Of a stretch of 64,000 nt of DNA, positions 50,472 to 60,135 are shown in pieces (position 1 is the stretch's first letter; each line of letters begins with the position of its first letter). The position numbers and the translations under genes were made by a program. The notes beneath the pieces are model-generated. The model worked only from the letters and a program-made list of their open reading frames with translations, was not told the DNA's origin and did not search any database. Origin of the DNA: Candidatus Parcubacteria bacterium (GTDB taxonomy: Bacteria; Patescibacteriota; Patescibacteriia; Magasanikbacterales; UBA922); NCBI GenBank assembly GCA_002869205.1, contig PKTJ01000066.1, forward strand, positions 187-64,186, in the 5' to 3' direction.

Positions 50472-50747
50472 ATGAAACCAGGTAATCCATCTATGGAGGC
50501 AATGCGTGAACAAAGGGCGTTTCGCATAGAGGCTATCGAAGGACAATTAGGTATCGTCAGGGCAAAGTTAGATACTTTGTTTAAAGATAAAGGAGGTTAT
50601 GATATTAATTCTGAAGGGCTCATCTTACAAAAAGAGAGCGAAGTTGTGTTTGAGGGAGATGAGACTGAGGTTTTAAGAGAATCTCAAGAACAATTATTTT
50701 CTTTATATAGAGAACTGAATATACTCAAATCTCAAGAACAAAAATAA
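50472..50747 (+). CDS. Hypothetical protein
   Basis: ATG in the host-style AT-rich context; ends 3 nt before the M16 peptidase. Confidence 0.55.
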   Translation: MKPGNPSMEAMREQRAFRIEAIEGQLGIVRAKLDTLFKDKGGYDINSEGLILQKESEVVFEGDETEVLRESQEQLFSLYRELNILKSQEQK

Positions 50748-50750
50748 ATT

Positions 50751-52010
50751 ATGTACGAAACATATACATTGAATAATAAAGCACAAGTAATATTTGTCCC
50801 TGTTGAAGGTACGAAATCCGTGACCACGCTTGTTATGTATCCTGTTGGTTCACGCTATGAATCTGAAAAAATGTCCGGTGTATCACACTACGTAGAACAC
50901 CTTATGTTCAAGGGGACAAAGAAGCGCCCAAACACACTCAAACTGACACGAGAAATTGATCGTCTTGGTGCACACTATAATGCGTTTACGGGGAAAGAAT
51001 ATACTGGTTACTATATTACGACTGATGCTGGTTATACCCAGACTGCAATTGATATTTTGTCAGACATGCTTTTTGATTCTCTCTACGATCCAAAAGAAAT
51101 GGAACGTGAAAAAGGGGTAATTGTCGAAGAGATTAGAATGTACAAAGATAATCCACTCATGAACATTGATAATATTTTTGAAGATCTCATGTACGAAGGG
51201 TCTCCGCTTGGTAGAGATATTGCCGGTACTGAGAAACATGTACTTGGGTACAAGCGCAAAGATGTTCTTAATTATCGAGACAAATATTATGAACCTCAAA
51301 ACATGATTATTGCAGTGGCAGGCGCGGTGGATGATAAGACAAAAGAATTAGTAAAAGAATATTTTGGCTCAAGGAAAAATAAAAAGTCATCATCAAAATC
51401 ATTTAAGCCATATTGTTTTGGTTCAGAAAAAAAAGAAGACAGGATTTTGGTTGAGCACAAAGAAACAGACCAAGCGCAGCTTATGCTCGGATTTCCTGGA
51501 TTTAAATATGATGACAAACGAAATGTTGTAGAAGGTGTAATGAATACTATACTTGGTGGTTCCATGAGTTCTCGTTTGTTTATTCAAATTCGTGAGCGCA
51601 GAGGCTTGGCATATATGATTCGTAGCGGATCTGATAATTTTCGTGACACCGGGTACGCATACATACGTGCAGGACTTGATGCAAAAAATATAAACAAAGC
51701 AATTAGTGTAATTAAAAAGGAAATAGAAAAGATTGTAAAAAATGGTGTGACAAAAAAAGAATTAGAAGATGCAAAAACGCATATTCGTGGATCACTCACA
51801 CTGTCTCTTGAAGATTCTGGTGCACAAGCTAGTTGGTATGCGCGCCAAGTGATGTTTGTGCCGACAATTAAGACACCAGAACAAAGACTTGCAGAAATTG
51901 ATAACGTGACAAATGAAGATATTAAACGTGTAGCAAAACAAATTTTCAAATGGAATAAAATGCGTATCTCTGTGATTGGAAATGTCCAAAAAGAAGATAT
52001 TAAATTTTAA
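50751..52010 (+). CDS. M16 family peptidase
   Basis: HYVEHLMFKGT, NAFT, SSRLF..IRERRGLAY. Confidence 0.93.
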   Translation: MYETYTLNNKAQVIFVPVEGTKSVTTLVMYPVGSRYESEKMSGVSHYVEHLMFKGTKKRPNTLKLTREIDRLGAHYNAFTGKEYTGYYITTDAGYTQTAIDILSDMLFDSLYDPKEMEREKGVIVEEIRMYKDNPLMNIDNIFEDLMYEGSPLGRDIAGTEKHVLGYKRKDVLNYRDKYYEPQNMIIAVAGAVDDKTKELVKEYFGSRKNKKSSSKSFKPYCFGSEKKEDRILVEHKETDQAQLMLGFPGFKYDDKRNVVEGVMNTILGGSMSSRLFIQIRERRGLAYMIRSGSDNFRDTGYAYIRAGLDAKNINKAISVIKKEIEKIVKNGVTKKELEDAKTHIRGSLTLSLEDSGAQASWYARQVMFVPTIKTPEQRLAEIDNVTNEDIKRVAKQIFKWNKMRISVIGNVQKEDIKF

Positions 52011-52020
52011 TTAAGATCCT

Positions 52021-52110
52021 GATATTCGGATACCCTTAGGGCATTTCTCTCCGGGAATAATCCAGATTTACAGATATCACATCCGTAGATCTGGATTATC
52101 CGGAAATCAG
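52021..52110. repeat. Repeat family B with nested CCCTTAGGGCAT element, copy 5
   Basis: ATAATCCAGATTTACAGAT and the inverted ATCTGGATTATCCGGAAATC. Confidence 0.8.
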
Positions 52111-52126
52111 TATATAAAATAGTTTT

Positions 52127-52867
52127 ATGAAATATATATTTGGTAATTGGAAAATGTATTTAAACACACAACAGAGTATTGATCTTGCTCGTGAATTTGC
52201 ACAACTCGTCCAAGATGGTGATGGGGTTGAATACGCTGTATTTCCAAACACACTTGCATTTTATGACGTAGCCGCAGAACTAAAGAACAGTCCAGTAGCA
52301 ACAGGAGCGCAAAATGTTGGTTGGACACCGCAAGGTGCTTATACAGGTTCTACGTCTGCATTTATGTTTAGTGATGCTGGTGCCAAATATGCTTTGGTAG
52401 GGCACTCAGAACGACGCCATGTATTTGGAGAGACAAATGAAGATGTGAGAAAGAGGCTTGAGGCAAGTATTGATGTGGGGCTTACACCTGTGTTATGTAT
52501 TGGTGAGACAAAAGAGGATCGAGATGCTGATAAGACTGAATATAGGCTCAAAAAACAGCTTTTGAAGGCATTTGAGAACCTTTCGTTGAATGGCAATCGT
52601 GTGATCGTCGCTTATGAGCCTGTATGGGCAATTGGTACAGGTGATGCTTGTGTGCCAGAAGAGGCACAACGTGTAATTAATCTTATAAAACAGGAGATCA
52701 AACAGTATGTAGATACAGATGTTCCTGTGCTGTATGGAGGTAGCGTTTCTGCTGACAATGTGGTATCATATGTTTCGCTTCCAGATATCGACGGTGTGTT
52801 GGTTGGTGGAGCATCTAGCAAGGCTGAATCATTTATGACATTAATTAATAATGCGATTTCTGCATAG
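52127..52867 (+). CDS. tpiA: Triosephosphate isomerase
   Basis: GNWKM, GHSERR, AYEPVWAIGTG, LYGGSV, LVGGAS. Confidence 0.97.
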   Translation: MKYIFGNWKMYLNTQQSIDLAREFAQLVQDGDGVEYAVFPNTLAFYDVAAELKNSPVATGAQNVGWTPQGAYTGSTSAFMFSDAGAKYALVGHSERRHVFGETNEDVRKRLEASIDVGLTPVLCIGETKEDRDADKTEYRLKKQLLKAFENLSLNGNRVIVAYEPVWAIGTGDACVPEEAQRVINLIKQEIKQYVDTDVPVLYGGSVSADNVVSYVSLPDIDGVLVGGASSKAESFMTLINNAISA

Positions 52868-52870
52868 TGT

Positions 52871-53767
52871 ATGACGGTTATACTACCATTTATACTTATC
52901 GCGGTTTCACTTGGAGTGATTATCGTTATTATTGTACGCAAATATCCACAATTATTGTTGCTTGATATTGATTCCCTTCCTGAAATCCAACAATCAAGGA
53001 AAAAAGATATCATTATAAAAAAACGTGCTGAAAAAGAAAGTAAACACTTGTATACCAAACTTTTTGAATCACTAAAACCAGCAATACAAAAATTAAAAGA
53101 TATACAGCTTTTGTTTCGTAAGTTTGTCGGTCGTATTGAGCGAAAATCTGCAATGGAGGATGGTAAGCGTGCAAAATCTGGAAGTCAAGAATATAAAAAA
53201 CAAAAAGAAAAAGAATCTCTCACTCTTGTCCAGGATGCATCTCAAGATGTAGATCAGGATGATTTTGCTACAGCTGAGAAGAAGTATCTGGCAGCACTCA
53301 AGGCAGATGCTAAGAATAAGGATGCGTACAAAGGTTTGGCCCATGTTTATTATCAGCAAGGTCAAAAACAAGAAGCAAAAGAGACATATAAATTTATATT
53401 ACAACTTGATGATAATGATGAAGAGACTCATTTGAAACTTGGAGAAATGGCGGAAGAAGAAGGAGATATTCAGGAAGCTGTGGAATGTTATCAACAGGCA
53501 GTGATTCTCAACCCTCACAATCCACAACGGTTTGTTAAGATCTATGATCTGTTATTTGGGATAGAACAGTATGAGACGGCACTTGAGGCCATAGAGCAGG
53601 CTCTGGAGCTTGAGCCTCAAAATCCCAAATATCTTGACAATTTCGTAGAAACGAGTATAATAATCGGGCGTAAAGATCTCGCAGAAGAGGGAATACAGCG
53701 TTTACGTATGATAAATCCAGAAAATCAGAAGCTCCAGACGTTTAAACAGCGTATTGAGGAACTGTAA
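52871..53767 (+). CDS. Membrane-anchored TPR protein
   Basis: N-terminal TM helix and several TPR-like repeats. Confidence 0.85.
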   Translation: MTVILPFILIAVSLGVIIVIIVRKYPQLLLLDIDSLPEIQQSRKKDIIIKKRAEKESKHLYTKLFESLKPAIQKLKDIQLLFRKFVGRIERKSAMEDGKRAKSGSQEYKKQKEKESLTLVQDASQDVDQDDFATAEKKYLAALKADAKNKDAYKGLAHVYYQQGQKQEAKETYKFILQLDDNDEETHLKLGEMAEEEGDIQEAVECYQQAVILNPHNPQRFVKIYDLLFGIEQYETALEAIEQALELEPQNPKYLDNFVETSIIIGRKDLAEEGIQRLRMINPENQKLQTFKQRIEEL

Positions 53768-53775
53768 AAATTTAT

Positions 53776-53849
53776 GCCAACTTAGCTCAGCTGGTTAGAG
53801 CAACTGTTTTGTAAACAGTAGGTCCGGGGTTCGAATCCCCGAGTTGGCT
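53776..53849 (+). tRNA. tRNA-Thr(TGT)
   Basis: GCCAACT/AGTTGGC acceptor stem, ACTGT-ttTGTaa-ACAGT anticodon arm. Confidence 0.95.
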
Positions 53850-53937
53850 CGAAGAGAGTTTGAAAGTTTATAAAGTAAAAAGTTAAAAGAATTCCTTTTA
53901 AACTTTCTGACTTTAGAAACTTTAAGAACTGTTTCAC

Positions 53938-54019
53938 GGGTCGGTTCCCGAGCGGTCAAAGGGGGCAGACTGTAAATCTGCTGGCTCCGCCTTCGAAGGT
54001 TCGAATCCTTCCCGGCCCA
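53938..54019 (+). tRNA. tRNA-Tyr(GTA)
   Basis: GGGTCGG/CCGGCCC acceptor stem, GCAGA-ctGTAaa-TCTGC anticodon arm, long variable arm. Confidence 0.95.
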
Positions 54020-54020
54020 C

Positions 54021-54055
54021 AAAATCCTTGTGTGAAATACATGAGGATTTTTTTA
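54021..54055 (+). terminator. Terminator after the tRNA pair
   Basis: AAAATCCTTGTG...CATGAGGATTTTTTT. Confidence 0.7.
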
Positions 54056-54190
54056 TTGTTTAGATGTTTTTTTTAAGGTATACTTTCTTTGAATATAGTT
54101 TTTAAAGTTTCTAAAGTTGAAAAGTTCATAAAGAGTAAAATGTGTATGGAACTTTTAACTTTATGAACTTTATAACTTTTTACTTGTGTT

Positions 54191-55627
54191 ATGACAAAAC
54201 AAACAAAAATTGTATGTACCATAGGTCCAGCATGTGAAACCGTGGAGACGCTCGAAAAAATGGTGAAAGCGGGGATGAATGTTGCACGATTGAATTTTTC
54301 TCATGGTTCATACGAGCACCATAAAAAACTTATAGCCAATATTCGTGAAGTAGAAAAACGTACAGGCGAACCTGTCGCAATTGTGCAGGATTTGCAAGGA
54401 CCAAAAATTCGTATTGGGGATTTGGGTGAAAAGGGTATCAAGCTTATACCGGGTGAAGATATATATTTTTCTACTGACATGACCGATAGGCAATCTATTC
54501 CTATTCAGTATGAACACTTGCATGAATATATAAAACGCGGCGAGAAGATGTTGCTCGACGATGGAAAAATGGAAGTAAAAATTTTGGATGTAGAAGGAAA
54601 GAAAATAAGAACAAAAATTATCGTAGGTGGTCTGTTGCTCGCGCACAAGGGAATCAATATTCCCGAATCCGATTTGTCTCAAATGCAAGTGCTTACATCA
54701 AAAGACAAAAGTGATGTGCGCTTTGGTGTGGAAAATGGTGTGGATATGATTGCGTTGTCCTTTGTCATGAAGCCAGATGATATTTTGGATCTACGTTTTC
54801 ATGTAAAACAAGTGGAATCAGAATTAGATATTGTAGGCAATCAGCCAATTCGACTTATTGCTAAAATAGAAAAACCAGAAGCAGTAGAACGTATGGAGGA
54901 GATTGTTCAGGTGGTAGATGGAATCATGGTGGCTCGTGGAGATCTAGGACTTGAGATCCCAGCCGAAGAAGTTCCTCTTGTGCAGAAAAAACTAATTGAC
55001 ACAGCGATGGAAGCTGGAAAGCCAGTGATTGTTGCTACGCAGATGCTTGATTCTATGCAGCATAATCCACGTCCAACGCGTGCTGAGGTGTCTGATGTAT
55101 CAAATGCCGTTATTGATCATACTGATGCAGTCATGCTTTCCAATGAGACGGCAGCAGGGGAATATCCTGTTGAGACTGTCGCAACTATGGCACGAATCAT
55201 TGCAGAGACTGAAAAATCTCATTATGATGATTTGCCATTTCGAGAACCAAAGACAAAGATTCACAAGATCGACGATACTATTAGTGGATTGTCTCGAGTC
55301 ATGGCAGAAAAGATTGGTGCAAAACTTATTTTGGCTGCTTCCATCTCTGGTGAAACAGGCCGACTCATTTCTCGTTATCGTCCCGAGTTTCCTATTGTTG
55401 TTGCGACAAGTACAGATCGTGTGCAACGTCAATTGAATTTATCATGGGGTGTACGACCGTTTATCCTCATGCCGTGTAATTCTATTGAAGAGCTTGTGGA
55501 TCGTGCAGTGATACATCTAAAAAAAGAAGATTTGGTCAAAATTAATGACAAAATTATTGTGGTAGCAGGGGAGCCAGTCGGACATGCAGGACATGTGAAT
55601 TTATTGGAAGTTAGAGAAGTAAAGTAG
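54191..55627 (+). CDS. pyk: Pyruvate kinase
   Basis: TKIVCTIGPA, RLNFSHG, IAKIE, MVARGDLG, ATQMLDSM, PTRAE. Confidence 0.97.
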   Translation: MTKQTKIVCTIGPACETVETLEKMVKAGMNVARLNFSHGSYEHHKKLIANIREVEKRTGEPVAIVQDLQGPKIRIGDLGEKGIKLIPGEDIYFSTDMTDRQSIPIQYEHLHEYIKRGEKMLLDDGKMEVKILDVEGKKIRTKIIVGGLLLAHKGINIPESDLSQMQVLTSKDKSDVRFGVENGVDMIALSFVMKPDDILDLRFHVKQVESELDIVGNQPIRLIAKIEKPEAVERMEEIVQVVDGIMVARGDLGLEIPAEEVPLVQKKLIDTAMEAGKPVIVATQMLDSMQHNPRPTRAEVSDVSNAVIDHTDAVMLSNETAAGEYPVETVATMARIIAETEKSHYDDLPFREPKTKIHKIDDTISGLSRVMAEKIGAKLILAASISGETGRLISRYRPEFPIVVATSTDRVQRQLNLSWGVRPFILMPCNSIEELVDRAVIHLKKEDLVKINDKIIVVAGEPVGHAGHVNLLEVREVK

Positions 55628-55864
55628 TGCGTAGTAGGGGGTGTGCCTGCCCGTCCGAAGCCTCGGCGTAGGAGGGTGAATATGCTTGAGGTGAGAGAGG
55701 TGGGGTAAATAATATTTTAAACAAAAAAACATCGCCTGTATGGCGGTGTTTTTAATTATACTAACTTCGCTCTGTTTGGACTCATTATCTTCGTCTTTTA
55801 ACAAAGCTAATGAATCGGGCGGGAGCGAAGGTAGCATGGTTGTGAGTAGCAGTCGCGCCGTCCG

Positions 55865-56575
55865 CTAGTTCACGGTGTGGTCGTCGCGCCACCTGGCACA
55901 GATGTCGTCCGGGTACTTCCACGTACCGTCGTCTCGGGTGTCGAGACAGTGGATCATCGGATCTTCCTGTGAGGTAGAGATGTTGTAGGATGTGCCATCT
56001 GGTGTGATGATGATGACCGTCGAGGTGATCGGCTTGTCACCTTCATGTTTCCAGTCAGTCGGTCCACGATACGGGCGAGGGGAGATGTCGAGGTGGGTGT
56101 TTTCATCGCAGTTCTTACCCTCGATGTAGAAGCAGCGACCGTATTCCGGGATGGGATAGATGCCGTGAAACTCTATGTGACAGACCGCGTGCGTGATGCA
56201 CTCGTGAGGAAGTTCCTCACCGAGACAGTCACTCACGGTGGCGCACTCGTAGTTGTCGTAGTCTGGCGCGGGGAGCTCCGACGCTTCGATCGAATCGACG
56301 TAGATGAACGAGTCGACTTCGATTTCACCCACGAGAACCCACTCGTAGATGGATCCGTCCGGCGTCCAGAAGGGGCCGTCGAGCCAGATGACTTCATCAC
56401 GCTTGGGTTGTGCCGCCATCGTGGCGGCCTTGTCCAGCGTCTTCATCTTATCCGTCGAGTCCTGCTGCTCGGCTTCCAGGGACGCGCCGAATCCGATCGC
56501 GATCGACGCGAACAGGACGAGGGTCATCATAGGGACGTTGACGATGGTTCTGATGCTGGCCGCTCGGTTGCTCAT
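55865..56575 (-). CDS. GC-rich secreted or membrane-anchored Cys-rich hypothetical protein
   Basis: GAGGAG SD before the ATG at 56575, hydrophobic N-terminus, CATVSDC...C...C...C...C cluster. Confidence 0.7.
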   Translation of the reverse strand: MSNRAASIRTIVNVPMMTLVLFASIAIGFGASLEAEQQDSTDKMKTLDKAATMAAQPKRDEVIWLDGPFWTPDGSIYEWVLVGEIEVDSFIYVDSIEASELPAPDYDNYECATVSDCLGEELPHECITHAVCHIEFHGIYPIPEYGRCFYIEGKNCDENTHLDISPRPYRGPTDWKHEGDKPITSTVIIITPDGTSYNISTSQEDPMIHCLDTRDDGTWKYPDDICARWRDDHTVN

Positions 56576-56626
56576 TTTCGAGCTCCTCATTGTGTCCGTG
56601 GGCTTTTTCGAGCCCTGTTGCGATTC

Positions 56627-56818
56627 TTATCTTCCGAGACTGCAGGTGCCACAGTGCTTGCCGCAGTATCCTCCGCCCTGGCAAATGCCACGAGGTTCTT
56701 TGGGAGGTAGTGGCGGAAGGTCCTTGAACCTTTCTTCCATCGGAAGCAGCGGAGCTTTCTCCTGGTCTCCTTCCGGAACTGCGATTTCTTCTGGGTCTGT
56801 GGTATGACGAGAGGTCAT
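56627..56818 (-). CDS. GC-rich 63 aa peptide with C-terminal Cx5Cx3Cx2C
   Basis: GAGGAG SD, TTGACA promoter upstream, ends GICQGGGYCGKHCGTCSLGR. Confidence 0.55.
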   Translation of the reverse strand: MTSRHTTDPEEIAVPEGDQEKAPLLPMEERFKDLPPLPPKEPRGICQGGGYCGKHCGTCSLGR

Positions 56819-56963
56819 CGGTGACTCCTCTATGCTGGAGAGTACGTTAATCATTTTTTACCAAAAAAACGGTATTTTGTCAATGTTATGTAAGAATAGT
56901 GGGACGTTTTGATTCCCGATTATTTTATGGTATACTTATGACCACTATTTCTAACCTTATTTT

Positions 56964-59900
56964 ATGGTTGCAAAGGGGGCGAAAAAATCTCGAAAAGACA
57001 AACATATTTTGTGGTTCAAAGAAATCGGCATCAAGGATGTTCCACTTGTTGGTGGAAAGAATGCAAGTCTTGGAGAGATGTATAACACGGTTACAAAAAA
57101 AGGCATCAATGTCCCAAATGGTTTTGCAGTTACCGCTGCGGCATATTGGGATTTTTTGGATAAAACAAATCTGAAAGCAAAGATAAAAAAAGAATTAAAA
57201 GATCTCGATGTAACAAATGTTCGTGAGCTTGCACGTGTAGGAAAAAAAGTTCGCAACATGGTTCTTGCAGCAAAATTTCCTGCACATTTGGAAAAGGAAG
57301 TGGAAAAAGCATATGCAGAATTATCTAAACTAGAAAAAACAAAAAATATCGCAGTTGCTGTGCGATCTAGTGCAACTGCAGAAGATTTGCCTGATGCGAG
57401 TTTTGCTGGTCAGCAAGAAACATATTTGAATATAAAAGGCGTCAAGTCACTTCAGACTGCAGTAAAAAAGTGTGTCGCGTCGCTCTTTACGAATCGCGCC
57501 ATCTCATATCGTGAGACAAAAGGATTTGACCATCTCACTGTTGCCCTGTCAGTTACGGTTCAGGTGATGGTTCGTTCAGATGTGGGTTCTTCTGGAGTAC
57601 TCTTTACACTCGATACAGAATCAGGTTTTCCTGGAGTGGTACTCATCAATTCATCCTACGGTCTTGGAGAATACGTGGTAAAGGGTCGGGTAACACCAGA
57701 TCAATTTTATGTTTTCAAAGAAGGAATAAAACAAGGCAAAAAATCTATTATTAGTAAAATTATTGGTTCAAAAGAAGTAAAACTTGTATATGGAGCCACT
57801 AGTGGTACGAAGCAACTTGCAGTAAAGAAAGCTGATCAAAATAAATTTTCTATTACACCAGATGAGGTTATTAAATTGACGAAATGGGGAATGCAGATTG
57901 AAGAGCACTATAAACGACCTCAAGATATTGAATGGGCAAAAGATGGTAAGACAGGAAAGCTCTATATTGTCCAAGCTCGACCTGAGACAGTAAAATCTCA
58001 TACAAATAAATCGGTGATTGAGACATATATTCTCAAGAAAAAGGGTAAACAAGCACTTACCGGTATTTCAGTAGGACAAAAGATTGGTGCAGGAAAAGTT
58101 CGTGTGATTGACAATCCAAAGCAGATGAAACAGTTCAAAAAAGGCGAAGTGCTCGTGACTCGTATCACTGATCCAGACTGGGAACCAATCATGCGTATTG
58201 CAAGTGCTATTGTCACAGAGCAGGGTGGTAAGACAAGTCATGCTGCTATTGTAAGTCGTGAGCTTGGTGTGCCATGTGTTGTTGGTGCGCGTGCTGCACG
58301 CAAGACTTTGAAAACAGGGAAACAGGTTACCGTGAGTTGTGCTGAGGGCGATGAGGGTATTATTTATAATGGTATTCTTCCGTTTGAAGTCAAGAAAACT
58401 GAAATTAAAAAAGTAGAAAAAACAAAAACAAAAATCATGATGAATGTTGGTGATCCTGACAATGCATTTAGTTTGTCATTTTTACCAAATAATGGCGTAG
58501 GTCTGGCACGTGAAGAATTTATTTTTTCCAATTTTATCCGTATTCATCCACTTGCGCTCGTTCACTACAATAAGCTCAAGGATAAGAAAGCCAAGAAAAA
58601 GATTGCTGAGATGACAAAAGGGTATAAGAAAAAGACTGACTATGCAGTAGATAAGCTTGCGGAAGGTATTGCACGAATTGCAACAGCATTTTATCCAAAT
58701 GAAGTAATTGTTCGCTTGTCTGACTTCAAAACAAATGAATATGCAACACTTCTTGGTGGAAAAGAATTTGAACCAAAAGAAGAAAACCCAATGATTGGAT
58801 GGCGTGGGGCAAGTCGTTATTATTCAAAAGAATATAAGCCAGGATTTAAGATTGAGTGTGAAGCACTCAAGAAAGTTCGTAATGAATGGGGTCTGACCAA
58901 TGTGATTACTATGGTGCCATTTTGTCGTACACCAGAAGAAGGAAAAAACGTGCTCAAGACTATGGCAGACTTTGGGCTCAAACAAGGTGAGAATGACCTC
59001 AAAGTATACGTAATGTGTGAAATCCCAAGTAATGTTATCTTGGCAGAAGAGTTTGCAAAATTATTTGACGGATTTAGTATTGGGTCAAATGATTTGACTC
59101 AGCTTACTTTGGGTGTTGATCGTGATTCATCTCTAGTGAGTCATGTGTATAGTGAAAAAAATAAGGCAGTAACTAAATTGATTCGTGATGTGATTCGTGT
59201 TGCCCACAAACATAAGCGAAAAGTAGGTATTTGTGGACAAGCTCCGAGTGATTATCCTGAATTTGCAGAGTTTTTGGTACGTGAAGGTATTGATAGTATT
59301 TCTCTTAATCCTGATACCGTTGTTTCTACGCGTGAACGTATTGCCTATGTAGAAAAAACTCTAGGAAAGAAAGGTAAGAAGACACACAAATCATATCTTG
59401 GTCTTGTTGCCGGTCTTGCTGTCCTTTCTGCTAGTCTGATGATGGTGGGTGGTGGCTGTGATTCAATTCGAGGTGATTTACCAACCCCTCATACCGACCT
59501 CATCGATATGAGCCCTGCAGAGATTCGTGAACGTGTAGAGAAAAAATTAAATGAAACACAGGAATTAGAAAAACAAAAACCAACACAAGAATTAAAAGTA
59601 AATAGTTTTGAACATTTTTCAATCAAATATCCACAAGAATGGTCTGTAGAAAATTGGAATGGTGGTGTCACGATGAGAAATAATGAGACAGGGGAGTATG
59701 TGAGTTTGTTTGATCAGCTTGTTGGTCACCCTGTGGCAGAAGGTGTGAAGGAGATTGTTACAGTTGGTGGAAAAGATGCAACGAGGTATGTAGAAGATTA
59801 TAAGGGTGACGATACAGAGTCAGCATCATTTACCGTAGTTGAGATTGATATGGAAGGATATGTTTTTGAAATCAACAGCAATGCAGATAATTTTGATGAT

Positions 59901-60098
59901 ATCTTAGACACGTTGGTATTTGTCTCAGAAGATTCGCCAGACAGACCACTAACACACTGGGATGTGAGAGAGAAGCGTGTGTGTATACAGATGATCACCT
60001 ATGCTCGCCAAGGAAGTGAGGGTATGTGTGAAGTATTTCCTACACCGTGTGACGTACCTGATGGGTGGAATGTCTGTGACGCAACAGACCTAGAATAA
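56964..60098 (+). CDS. ppsA: Phosphoenolpyruvate synthase with a C-terminal TM/lipobox and extracytoplasmic extension
   Basis: GGKNASLGEM, VRSSATAED, TSHAAIVSRE (phospho-His), GWRGASRY, SIGSNDLTQ, GICGQAPSD, then about 240 extra residues. Confidence 0.93.
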   Translation: MVAKGAKKSRKDKHILWFKEIGIKDVPLVGGKNASLGEMYNTVTKKGINVPNGFAVTAAAYWDFLDKTNLKAKIKKELKDLDVTNVRELARVGKKVRNMVLAAKFPAHLEKEVEKAYAELSKLEKTKNIAVAVRSSATAEDLPDASFAGQQETYLNIKGVKSLQTAVKKCVASLFTNRAISYRETKGFDHLTVALSVTVQVMVRSDVGSSGVLFTLDTESGFPGVVLINSSYGLGEYVVKGRVTPDQFYVFKEGIKQGKKSIISKIIGSKEVKLVYGATSGTKQLAVKKADQNKFSITPDEVIKLTKWGMQIEEHYKRPQDIEWAKDGKTGKLYIVQARPETVKSHTNKSVIETYILKKKGKQALTGISVGQKIGAGKVRVIDNPKQMKQFKKGEVLVTRITDPDWEPIMRIASAIVTEQGGKTSHAAIVSRELGVPCVVGARAARKTLKTGKQVTVSCAEGDEGIIYNGILPFEVKKTEIKKVEKTKTKIMMNVGDPDNAFSLSFLPNNGVGLAREEFIFSNFIRIHPLALVHYNKLKDKKAKKKIAEMTKGYKKKTDYAVDKLAEGIARIATAFYPNEVIVRLSDFKTNEYATLLGGKEFEPKEENPMIGWRGASRYYSKEYKPGFKIECEALKKVRNEWGLTNVITMVPFCRTPEEGKNVLKTMADFGLKQGENDLKVYVMCEIPSNVILAEEFAKLFDGFSIGSNDLTQLTLGVDRDSSLVSHVYSEKNKAVTKLIRDVIRVAHKHKRKVGICGQAPSDYPEFAEFLVREGIDSISLNPDTVVSTRERIAYVEKTLGKKGKKTHKSYLGLVAGLAVLSASLMMVGGGCDSIRGDLPTPHTDLIDMSPAEIRERVEKKLNETQELEKQKPTQELKVNSFEHFSIKYPQEWSVENWNGGVTMRNNETGEYVSLFDQLVGHPVAEGVKEIVTVGGKDATRYVEDYKGDDTESASFTVVEIDMEGYVFEINSNADNFDDILDTLVFVSEDSPDRPLTHWDVREKRVCIQMITYARQGSEGMCEVFPTPCDVPDGWNVCDATDLE

Positions 60099-60135
60099 AT
60101 AAGACTACAGAGCCTCACAGAGGCTCTTTTATATA

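Noticed and set aside
27494-52110. Possible CRISPR repeats
   Set aside because: Copies are dispersed, not regularly spaced with unique spacers, and there are no cas genes.
53795-54022. 75 aa minus-strand ORF
   Set aside because: It is the reverse complement of tRNA-Thr and tRNA-Tyr.
55644-55680. Palindrome-like CCGTCCGAAGCCTCGGCGTAGGAGG after pyk
   Set aside because: Probably another miniature repeat, but it is single-copy in this window, so a family cannot be supported.
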